Under the pieces are notes generated by a model that was given only the letters and a program-made list of their open reading frames with translations, ran no database searches and was not told where the DNA came from. Made by a program: the position numbers and the translations under genes. Shown piece by piece: positions 12,661-23,690 of a stretch of 64,000 nucleotides of DNA (the first letter of the stretch is position 1; each line of letters starts with the position of its first letter). The stretch is taken from positions 525,083-589,082 of the forward strand of contig JBNZDD010013586.1 of the NCBI GenBank assembly GCA_050575255.1, read 5' to 3'. Source of the stretch: Harriotta raleighana (Eukaryota).

Positions 12661-13645
12661 TCAACTGCAATGACTGAATTAGGCCAGCTCAAACCATCTG
12701 TTGAAACACGCCTGGATTACTCACTGTACTCTACTTGCACCCAGTGTGAAAGCTTCAGGCTGGGTGTTTCCTAGAAGCAGAGGAGGAGCACTCCACCCCC
12801 CCACACCCCCCCACTCCCTATCTGAAGCACTCCACACAGATTTTTGGCTGTGATCGGTACCTTCCAGGGGCTAATTGGTGAATGAGCTGTGTGAGATGGG
12901 GGAAAGTTACTAAATGGATCAGTGGTGTCTGTGCTGTCTAAAAGCTGTCTGTGCTATTATTCCAAGGACCTTCCAGGTTCCTGACAGGGTTTGTTTGTGC
13001 ATTCACAGCACATCTGCAGCGGGCATTATCCTGCGATCAGTTGATTTTATGCACACACAGGGCCAAGGTTCACCTTATTTACTACAAAACAGCTGGGTTA
13101 ATTAGCTGGAGAGAGAAATCTACCTCATTCACCCCTGATGCAGTTTATGACTATATTACCGGGTGGAATGCAGCAATCTTTTCTGCCTTTTATCATTGCA
13201 GCACTTCATTGATCGCTGGCATTTATTTAAATTCCACATGATATTACTTACAGGAAACCTTACCTGCGGTAGCACCAGAGAGTAACGGAATATACTAATG
13301 AATAAAACTGTTCTAGTTTCACATCCTGCTGTTCAAATACCGAGCAGGAAAGGACATCACCTCATCTGTCAGTGAATTGTGCATAAATTATATAGATTTT
13401 TTTTGTTGAGCAATTGTGTTCAGTACAATGTCTTACTTGGCAGCTGGGTCCATCTAACCTGACCATTAAAAAAAAGCATCTTTGGGACCGAGCCCAGGAT
13501 ATCGTCAAGACAAGCCTGTCTCGATACGGTTAAAAAAAAAAGCAAAAGACGTTAACCCTTTCAGGATCAAAACAGCATTTATTCGGTTGCTTTTAAGCTC
13601 ACACGTGCAGACAGAGACTGTTTGTGCTAAATGAACAGTTTCCAT

Positions 13646-13725
13646 TCCTTGCATTTGATAATGGTGCCTTTCATTTGACAAGGGGGAACGTCTCAAATCG
13701 CTTCAGGTAGACTCACTGTAAGCGA
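13646..13725 (-). mobile_element. SINE family A tail fragment
   Basis: TCCTTGCATTTGATA...CGTCTCAAATCGCTTCA; diverged. Confidence 0.65.
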
Positions 13726-15436
13726 ACGTGGTAACCGATTAGGTTTTGCTTTATTCGGGTATCAAATTAAGTCGAATGTGACACAGTCCCCATTAATTTC
13801 TGGGATTCATTTTACGCCATTCCCGCAATAAAAACATATCCCAGTCACCTTGGTGTCCATTGAGGGTGGGAAAATATAACCGGATTGAAACCTAGAAAGA
13901 ATATTTGGTCTTTAAAAGGATTTTACATCATTGGAAGTGATATAATATAACACATAAATATAATAAGTAAATATAATAATAAGTAAATAATACATTAAAA
14001 AAAAAGTGCCTTTGCAGTTGTATGTCACAATCAGACTGTCTTACTGCAGGCAATCTTTGAGAACATCTCCAGCTTTCCTTTCACTGTAAACACCACCACA
14101 ACTCTGTGGGTGTGATTAGGAATCTCACTCTCCACCCACACAAGTGATACTTTACACTTTTTTTTGGAAAATAAACAAAATTTAGAAAACCAACGATGAG
14201 TTGTGTGCTTTAGCATTGAAGACTTGACAGTTGCATTATCACAATACACTCAGAGGTCTATCAGAAGACAGGTATCCACAACATACAGAGGACCCCACAC
14301 AGGGAACTCTGGACACATGTAACACTGTCATAAAATAACTTTTGATTTTATTCCTAAGGCAATTTTTGATGGGATTGTGAAATGGAAGATGTAAGCACAG
14401 TACAGAACTTGTAATATTGTCAGTTGATATGGCTTGTGTGCTCTTGTGGCTCATATTGAAACATCTGAACGTAAAGTATTAGACACAGTAAAATAATCTT
14501 ACCAGAGTCAGGGCGTTCCAGATATACTGCAGTGTGAAAGATCCTCATAAACTCCCTCACACAGGGCAATACTTGTGAGGTAGGAATGTTTCTTCTCATT
14601 GAAGAGCACTGCCATACTCCATTATCTCTTGGAAGAAAAAAAAGGCATCCCTAATTAACCATTTCAGAGCACAGGTATTATTGCTGATTTCAGAAAAAGG
14701 CGCGTCCATTCTCCTCAGAGTGTATTAAAAACAATTATCTGCCCTGGCCTCAGTACCTGGAAGCATTTTAGATTTTGTTTGACCCCCCCCACTTTCATTT
14801 TAAAACATATCTTTTAAAGAAATCTGAAAAGAAATCGGCTTCTCAAAACAGGACTAAAAGAAAATACACTTTTAGTTTGGTTATGAGCTATTCTGTTTTG
14901 GATTCTCCAAAGAGCTTAGTTTAGTTTCTTTTAGGTGTAATTAGGAAATTCAACACTTGGTGATGACAGGTTTATAGTGTAGGTGGGGGGTGGGGGGGGG
15001 GGCGTTAGAAACTGCAATTTAATCCTTTCAAGAGATCAGAAGCAAATGTGCATTATTCAATGTGCATTCAAAAGCTGCTATCACTGTTCAATCAGAATGC
15101 GATTCTCGCCAAACGCTGCAATGTTTCTGCAGATGCCGGAAATCCGAAACAAAGACAGCAGGTCGCTGGCAACACTCAGCGGGTCAGGCAGCATCTATGG
15201 AGAAAGGAAAAGCGAGTCAAGGTTTCGGGTCCACGAGCCGTCGTCAGAACTCTGAGGTTTCTACGTTAGTCACTTCTGGGTGGGTGGGGTGGGGAGGGGG
15301 GTGAAGTGGTCAGCCAAAACAATCCAATTGTCCGAGATCTTAATGCCACCAGTGGCCCAGAACCCTGAATGTTTCGCTCTCTCCTAAACCAAAGCTCCAG
15401 CTCACGGATCCCATGGCTTGCCTCGACCTGAATCAG

Positions 15437-15471
15437 ATTGGTTGCTTATTGGCCAGTCACTAGATGGCGCT
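15437..15471. promoter_or_regulatory. Two CCAAT boxes (minus strand) next to a CTCF-like motif
   Basis: ATTGG at 15437 and 15448; GTCACTAGATGGCGCT at 15456-15471 fits the CTCF core CCACYAGRKGGCRS with one mismatch. Motif match only. Confidence 0.45.
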
Positions 15472-15659
15472 TTGTGCTGTAACTGTGCGACTCCTTGGGG
15501 AGAGGAGAGGAAATTTAATGGACAAAGTGTTGCCACGTTCACCTAATCGACTCCTGGTAGCAGATTGCGGAGTAACCTTGTGCACCCGGGTTCCAAATGT
15601 CTTTTCATTTCAACAGTTTCCCAATTCATCGATTAAACTCTCACTGCTATAGGGGATTT

Positions 15660-15918
15660 GTGGACAGGACACCAGTAGATATTCCCTTCTCGTTTTCTAA
15701 TAGAGCTATGGAATCATTAACGGACACCCGAAAAGGCAAACAGGACCTTGGTTTAACGTCTCTTACAGAAGATGACAACTCCTTTGATGTGTTTCCCCCC
15801 ACAACGCTGCACTGGAGTCCTAGCATGGACAATGAACTCGAAGTCCCGAAGTGGGGCTTGAACCCACAAGGTTTCCGATTCAGAGACAAGACTGCTCCTG
15901 AGTGAGCGAGGCTGACCT
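15660..15918 (-). mobile_element. Deu-domain SINE, head plus Deu core
   Basis: Plus strand CTTGGTTTAACGTCTC (Deu GAGACGTTAAACCRAG reversed) and GGGCTTGAACCCACAAGG...TGAGCGAGGCTGAC (tRNA head reversed). Confidence 0.75.
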
Positions 15919-18413
15919 GATCTCACTTCAGAAATAAATAAACCTGATTTACACAGCCGGATTAGTGCTGTCGATAAAAATAATGTGAATCACATCCATG
16001 GTAATTTGCTTCACTGAGAGACTTTCCACAGCAGAATTCTATTGAAAGCAGCAGTTATTCAGTAGCTGGTCTATCAATGTAACTTCGTTGTTGTTGTTGT
16101 TGTAGTCCCACCAAAGTCGTGTATGAGTGCCAAAATGACCATAGAATAAATATAGACATTTCAATGTGACTTTATCATCCCAATTCTAAGCAGTAGAGTG
16201 GTCGTTGATTTGATCATGTGTGTCTTGGCTGTTTCTTCAGGGACCATGGCTAGTTAAGGTCTCTCTACATTTGTAAAAATAGAGGTCGCTAGGAAAATAT
16301 TCATTTTTCTGCACATAATTGTCCTTGGTTTGTGTCTGAAAGCAGTTCCAAGAGTGAGCATGTTTTGCACACATATAGAGGACCAAAATAATGACTTGGG
16401 GATTATATCTCCTAGTAATTTTATACGCTCTGCAACACAGCCTAGATAGTGTTCCAATTCTGTACAATGTTTATAGCAGATAAAATATTCCACAATTGTC
16501 AAATCTGTTGTAAAATGTTGCATTTTAACTCCTCAGTCTCATTTTACTTATTATGCAACAAATGTAAAATACAAATAAATCTCTTGAGAAGATTACCCCT
16601 CGACAGTAACAATTATTTTTCTCAGCAGTTGCAGCTCACAATAATACACTTCATATCCTTCAGACTCTTTGTCTGAGCTGGTGCTGAAGTCAGCATTTCT
16701 GTGATAATTTTCTTCTTCCAAGAACAGGCTGGAAAATCAAATCTAAAGTTGTGAGACACAATATTAGATTTTTTTCATTACTGGGAAAATCCATTTCCGC
16801 AACACTGGGTATAGAGGGCAAGCTGTAGACTTACATTCAATGTTGGCTGAGTGGATGGTAGTAAAGGATTGTTTTCAGGGAGCTGGGTCAAAAATAAAGG
16901 GAGATATTACCTGAGGTTCCTCGGGAGTTCTGTGAGAGCAATAAAGAAAGGCGAGGGAAAATTGTTCGGAATTTTCCAGGGTTTCCAAAAATGTACAACC
17001 CTGGGTAAACCACAGAAAAAGCTGTGGTTTATAAACAGAAGTTCACACCATGTGAAAGGCTGTATATAAATGCAAATTGTATTGTGTATTGAAGAAGCAA
17101 AGGGGAAGTGGATAATCTGCAAAGTTACCAAGTTACGTACATACTGGACTACAATTGATGGGCGTTTGTGTAGTGGGGGAACTTTCATGAAAATATTATT
17201 ATCAATGCTCAGCTAAAGAACATGGTTATCATTGGGTTTGGTCTCAATGGATTCACAAATGATATTAAGCTATCCTTCATGAACCTAATCGAATTATTCT
17301 GACACAAAATGACAAAACTAGCGTGTGAGATCTACTGTATACGGAGAGTTAATTCACTTGCTTGTTGTTTCGAAAATGCATGCTGCATATTTTAAGAGGA
17401 TGAAAGCTTGTTGAATAAGAGGCAAATTAGCTAGTCGGATTGAAATCTACTTCAGCAATAGGGACCAGAGGTGCTGACGGGTGATGAAAGCTCCATCTGG
17501 AGAGCGGTGGCTGATGGAATATCGCAGTGGGAAATCGGGGAGATAGAAGCAATGCAGAAGGTTCAAAACTGAGATGCAATTTGAGTTTGAAGGACTTGGG
17601 TTCTTAAGAGCTGGAAGGCATGGAGGAGAAGCTTTTAGGGGAAAAAAATGCTCCAAATTCATCATTTTCCAAATCAATCCTGATATGTCAACATATTCTT
17701 GTTACATCACTTTTTCATGAAAGCTGATGGCGATTATATTTTTTTTAAAAAAAGAGGAAGTCAGTCATGTTGGAGAGCACCTCCAGATACTCTTTACTCC
17801 CAGTCACGTTATTCAAGCAATAACTTGTTAAATTACATTTCCCACAGACAACCGTCAGTGTCTATAATCCTTAAAACCCACATAACACGACAGTTCATTC
17901 TCCTGTCAGAACAAGGTCCTGATCTGAGTCAGAAATATTATCTGCAGTCAGTCTTTCCTATGCATTACGATGTACAGTATGGTATTATTACAGTGATATC
18001 CCTGCCTCCCTTTCATCTCTGACCTTCAGCAGAGACCTGCTACTCTGTACAGTCTCTGGCCTGTCATTCACATGCTGGCCAGCTGTAGGATTTTGATACA
18101 ACTGGGATTCAGTGCTGTTCAAGCATCGTGTTTCCTCTTCTACAGAATGAAGTAGCGGTCGAACACAAGGAGGTTAGGGACTGCCTCAGAATGCTCAAAC
18201 AAACCAAAATGCTTCCATTAAAATGACAAGGAGCGATTTTTCACACGACTATTTGTGCTGTGGTATTTACCCAACTGTCCTGTGAGGAAGTGCCTCTTAC
18301 ATGATAACTGCCTGCAGTGACATGATTGAAATCAGGAACTCACCCTCACACGCAGGGGGAAAATTATGGGTGCTAACCTCCAGGCACATCACAACACAGT
18401 AATTCCCTGTTTC

Positions 18414-18540
18414 GCTGAGGCTCAGTTTGGCAGCACTTTTGTTTCTGGGTCAGAAGGTTGTGGGTTCAAGCCTTGGGCTGATAATTCACTGACACTCGGA
18501 TTCCCTCTTCCTTTGGATGAGACATGAAATCGAAGTCTAC
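18414..18540 (+). mobile_element. Deu-domain SINE, 5' fragment
   Basis: GGCTCAGTTTGGCAGCACT...GTCAGAAGGTTGTGGGTTCAAG then CTTTGGATGAGACATGAAATCGA. Confidence 0.7.
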
Positions 18541-21282
18541 TTTTTTCACATGTCTGCCAAGTCCAACAGTCGTTCCTGGGCAATGGAGAGAACTGAGCCA
18601 GAGTGAAGCAATCACAGTGGGATGCTCATTATAGTCAAACACATGTGTGAGACCAAGTTGCCATCAGAGACTTGCTGCACGTTTATGGAGTGTCAACCTT
18701 TTGGGTTGCCGAGAGCACTTTTTCTGCTTAAGTGTGTTCAATACCCCCCTTGTGATTGTTCCCCGGACCTCAGGAAAAAAAAGAGCTAAATATAGACCTT
18801 TTTGCTCTTCAATCAATGCAGCTGTAACCTGCTTAATAACATTACACCTGGTAGATTAAAGAGTGCAAACCTCTCCCAGCAATTGAGGAGAATTAGGCAA
18901 CGGTGGAGAGGCTGAACACGCTATCATCTTAATTACCATTGGCAGGGCAGTGCTCATAAAGGGCTTGCCATTCAGATCTGCCTTCATTTCTGCTCAATAA
19001 AGTGTTGCTTGTCAAGGCAAAAAATCACCTGCAGCATTTTCAATTGGGCCTGTCGCCAGGGAAACTTCTTCTGGGCTGAAACATTCTCCCTGTGTCTGCT
19101 CTTTGTTGCCTCCCTTATTTCTTCCTCTCAATCTATAATATAACTCCATAGCCCGAAGCCATCCTCTGTGCACGCTCACGCATACTTTCGCATACACTCT
19201 TCTACTTTTCATTTGGCTCGCATTGTGTTATTGTCCCTTCCACCCCACACATACACACACACACACACACGCCAGCCATTATTTCCCTCCCTCAAACCCC
19301 AGCAGCCATTGTTATTTATGGCATTCATCTGCTGTGACCAGAAAAGTGGAAAAATCGCAAACGCAGCTTATTTTTGCAGCAACACTTCCATTGTTTTGCG
19401 CAGGGAACATAAAGTGGCATGCAAAAGCATAGCAAATGTACGGTGAAAAATACACAACGAGGCAAACACACTTTGCTCTAATGAATCCCTGTGAATCTGT
19501 GTCTGTTCTGGCCTCAGCTTCTAATTTGCATTCCTGCTCACTGGTACAAATTTATACTTGCCATGCACAAAGGGGGGAGTTTTTGCGAGGCAAAAGGTTG
19601 CTCTGTTCTAAAAGAATTATAAAGAAATGTACGAGATGTGCCTCCAGGTGCTAAATAAATCAAAGACTCGGGTGTTTTTATGGAAATACGACAAGAACTT
19701 GGAGTGTGTTTTGAAAGAGAAACTCATAAGCAAAAGGACCCTGCATCAGGAGGATGAAAAAAGTTGAAAAATAATAAATAGGTGCAGGTCTCCAAAGGTC
19801 TAAAACTTTCCATGTTCTCAGCCTTAAATCCATTTACACGGGGCTTAATCTGGAAGCTGTTTTTCTTGCAAAGGAATATGGAAAAATACAGCTTCCAAAG
19901 TCAGAATCCAGTTTGAGAAATTTCCAAAGTTCATCAAGATCCTAAATGTTTTTTTTAAAGTTTTCAGTCTAAGGTCCCTTGTGTTAACCTCAGATAGATT
20001 TCCATTAGAATTAGTGTACGCAGGATTTGCAGGCAGGTCTTTTGATCCGAGACCGAGGTTGCCTTGGAAGATAGACAAACTGTATTCCAGGTGACGAATC
20101 TCCAATCCCCAAAGACTGGAATTATTCATTGTGACATACAATGAAAGAGTTTAAATATATGCTGCAAGATCTTGGTCTGCTGTGCAAACATGCATCTCAC
20201 ATAGTCGCAAAATAATACTGTGACAATTGTTTGCTTTGGATACACTGTGCTGGGGACATATCAAAAAGCCAGCAAATATGAACTACATTAATAAAACCCC
20301 TTGGTTTGCTTGAAAAAAATCAATACGTTATTTAAAACACATGTAGCGAGTTAATTGCCCTTGGGAAGCAAAGTCTTCCATGTATTCCATTTGAGGAAAA
20401 AATGAGACAAATCATTTAAGAGGGAAAGGAAGAGGGAAAGGAAAGCAAAAACATTGCTTAGAATAATTTGCAGACATATGAATTTACACATGGCAGAAAT
20501 AAATATAATCAATCCCAATTTTTCTGTTGGTTATACAGTCTAATATAATTTGTGGTTCTTTCCCAAAGTGGCAATGCACTTTTGAAACGGAATCGAGTTG
20601 CATTAGCATATTTCTCCGTCACCAGCCTGCTTTTGTTTGCATTTCAGAGTGAATTAATATGAATTCTGAAGCGCACCTCATCCAAAACGAAAGCCTTATT
20701 AGCCGGCATTGCAAATGTTGCATATTTCTCCACCGAGTCACAGTTTACGTGACCAGTTTGGGGGAATTATATTTGGCTTCAATTTTCACAGATTGGCAAT
20801 AACTACTGAAGTGGTACTTTACTGTTTGCATGTTTTCCAATATATATGACAGCATTTCCTTGACATTTTTCAGATGTGAGGTCTTATGTACTGTATACAA
20901 CTGACGTGGAGGACTGAATTAGCTGTATAGTTTGCTCAACAGAAGGAAAACTGCAGTTGAGTTACACTTCCCAGTACAATGTCACAATCCGGTACTCATT
21001 AACTGATGCTGAGACATTATACAGCTCACCAAAGTGCTTGGATATACATTCCATTGTTATGTGATACGTACTGTTAGATACCATATTAAAGGCATCAAAA
21101 ACATCCAACAACAGCCTCAAAATTGCAGGGTTCCAAAAAAGCATACGTATTGCCTTTAGTAAAGCAGATTATTGTGCTGCTATGCCTGCTCCATTTGCCA
21201 TTCCAGCTAAAATATTGAATGATACAAAAAGTGTGAAGTTAGACAGATTGAAATCTAATCAATTTACTGTGTAAGGGGACCA

Positions 21283-21448
21283 TCAGGCCCCGAAGGCAGT
21301 GCAGGGAAGAGCAACACAGCTTATCTCCCAGTGTCACAGAGATGATGAGAAATGATAAGATAAGCTGGAGCTCTTCAAGCTCGGGGAAAAAAAAGAGACG
21401 TCTCAGAGGAGAACCTATGGAGCTATGTGAAATGCTTAATGGTTTATT
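21283..21448 (+). mobile_element. CR1-clade LINE ORF2 fragment
   Basis: Degenerate AVQ.RAT.LI...KRRLRGEPMELCEMLNG, matching the CR1 C-terminal motif VQRRATKLI...KRRLRGDLIEVYKILNG. Confidence 0.8.
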
Positions 21449-21451
21449 GAG

Positions 21452-21810
21452 TTTCTCTGGCACCTCCTCAGCTCTGCAACCTCCTCGTTCCCCAATCCAC
21501 TCGACTAGTTCCGGCCTCCTGCTCATCCCTCACAACCTCTGCCCCACTATCGGAGTTTGTGCTCTCAGCCACTATGCCTAGAATCTCTGGAACACTCTCC
21601 CTCAATCCCTCCGCCTTGCCTTCTTTCTCTTTTAAATCCCGTCTGAAAATCTTCCTCTTCTACCATGCTTACAGCCACCTGCCCTCCCCCGCCATAACAA
21701 TTATTATTATTGTTATTATTATTATTACTATTCACCCCCCAACCCGGCTTGGAATCAACCTCCGCCACTGTTAAGTGCTCTGAGATGCTTCCCTACATGG
21801 CGGCTTACAT
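21452..21810 (+). mobile_element. L2-clade LINE 3' end (end of ORF2 plus 3' UTR)
   Basis: Translates to LQPPRS..STSSGLLLIPHNL.PTIG..A.SHYA..LWNTLPQSLRL...FKSRLK.FLF, typical of the L2 ORF2 C-terminus; ends AAGTGCTCTGAGATGCTTCCCTAC. Confidence 0.85.
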
Positions 21811-22326
21811 TTGACCTGTCCAACTGACGATCACGTCAATTTTTTTGTTTTAAATCTACGGTGAAAATTTTTTTTTCACCCAACAGCAGGTTTCATTAAT
21901 GCCCTTGAGAATCAAAATGAGCTGCCAAGTCTGGAGCTTTGTGAGTTATAATATAAGAATTATTGCTCAACGAGTTGTTACGCCTAAAGGGCATTTGCAT
22001 ACAGTCTAATACAATGGCTAAGCTGTTATATTCCTTATTTATTTTAAGAACTAGTAATCTTTTTCTAGCTCAATTTACCTCAATGATAAATGCTAGAGTG
22101 CACACACACATACACACACATACACAAATCCTCAAACTAGCTGTGATTCAATTAGGATCAAACCAGATTTATTTGAACTCCTGGTCATACTCTATTCCTA
22201 AAATAAAACCATCCGGTACTTTAGCCTGTTATCTGTTATAATACTGTATTGCTAATAAACTGGAGTGGTCTGAAGTTTGAGAGTTATAATAACCCAAGAT
22301 CCTAAAATGGAAGATGTTTCAATCAA

Positions 22327-22574
22327 AATAATAATAATCCTTGCCTTTGATATACTGTAGCGTTTTTCACATCTTCTAGACGTCTCAAAATGTTTCAAAG
22401 AAACATCCTGAAGCGAATTGACTGTATATTTGTGGGGGAAACATGGCAGCCAATTGTGCACAGCGGCATCCCACAAATAGTCGTGGATTGAAGTGTCCAA
22501 TTTATTGTAGTTTTGAATTGAGGGATTATTTATTATTAGGCATGTGGAGTAAGGAAACTTCAAGGTTTTGCCCT
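22327..22574 (-). mobile_element. SINE family A lacking the tRNA head
   Basis: Tail, body and GGCATGTGGAGTAAGGAAAC linker, all reversed. Confidence 0.9.
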
Positions 22575-23458
22575 TCATCTCAGATACCTGGGTGCAAATC
22601 CATTCCAGATTTGTGGGATGAAGTTTGCTCTATTTGCAAGCCAGCTAAGGGTTGGTCTCCTTCTATCGAGTGTTGACATTTTGGCCATGAATCCCACAAC
22701 ACATGGAGAAATCAAAGCCAGAATATTGAGTTTCCTTTCCGTCTGGCTCTTTTATTTCCATTGTTTCTATCTGGACTCTGTATTAGCACGCAATCCCATG
22801 CAATCTACCAGCGGATGTCTAAAGGAAGTATTCCATGAAATTAGTTTGGAGTATCTCAACTTGGAGTTTCTCTGTTGAGAAACTAATTAATACTCCAAAC
22901 GTGCGCTATATATATATTCATATAGCGCCTTTTATGTGAGGTGGTGTCTCGGAGCTCTTTTATTACAATACACCCAATCCTACAAAATGTTGTGTGTTGG
23001 GTGCAAATGTAGAAAAATGTCAATGAGCACAAATCATGAACACAAAAATATAAGTAAACATGTTAAGCATGTTACAAGTTAAATCATTAACCAATCTCAT
23101 TGGGCTCGGATCAGTTTTATAACAGAACAAATATCGTAAAGTAAACTTTTTGAGCCATAAATTTAAGTCGAGTCTGCAGAGTTCACAGGTAAGTAAGTCA
23201 CTGGTCACAACAAGTAGCCATGAAAGTGAACCAACACTAGTAAAGAATACCAAGCAGCAAATGAACCAGAGAGAGTTAACAGTGCTGCAGTTGTGAAGGA
23301 ATAATTCCTGAGCAATGAACAACAGCAACAAGAGCAACGTGCATTTATCTACCGCCCTCCATGTGAAGTAACATCCCGGAGCGTTTGACAGTGACCCCAA
23401 AGGACAATGGTTAAACTAATTTTCAGCATCTTCCAGCAACACAAGATGGGAATTTGAG

Positions 23459-23690
23459 TTCAGATGAAGAAGGCCCTTCAGCTCACCTAATCTCATCTGT
23501 CCTGAACACACACACATAGACACACACACACACGTGACTGTCCTCACATCATGACATCAAGCTGCTTTTAAATGAGTCCCAGTGCACTGGCCTCAACAAC
23601 CCTTCCTGGCTGCTCCAGTCGTTAATTACTCTCCGAGCAAAGAAAAACTTCCTGATGTCTGTCTTGAAATTGGCCTTTTCACCTGTAACC
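23459..23690 (-). mobile_element. CR1-clade LINE 3' end
   Basis: ORF track 23549..23845 contains FKTDIRKFFFARRVINDW...SFK, the CR1 ORF2 terminal motif, followed by a CR1-type 3' UTR. Confidence 0.85.

Noticed and set aside
17440-17640. Purine-rich stretch that may be an old minus-strand L2 fragment
   Set aside because: Motif similarity too weak to support by eye.
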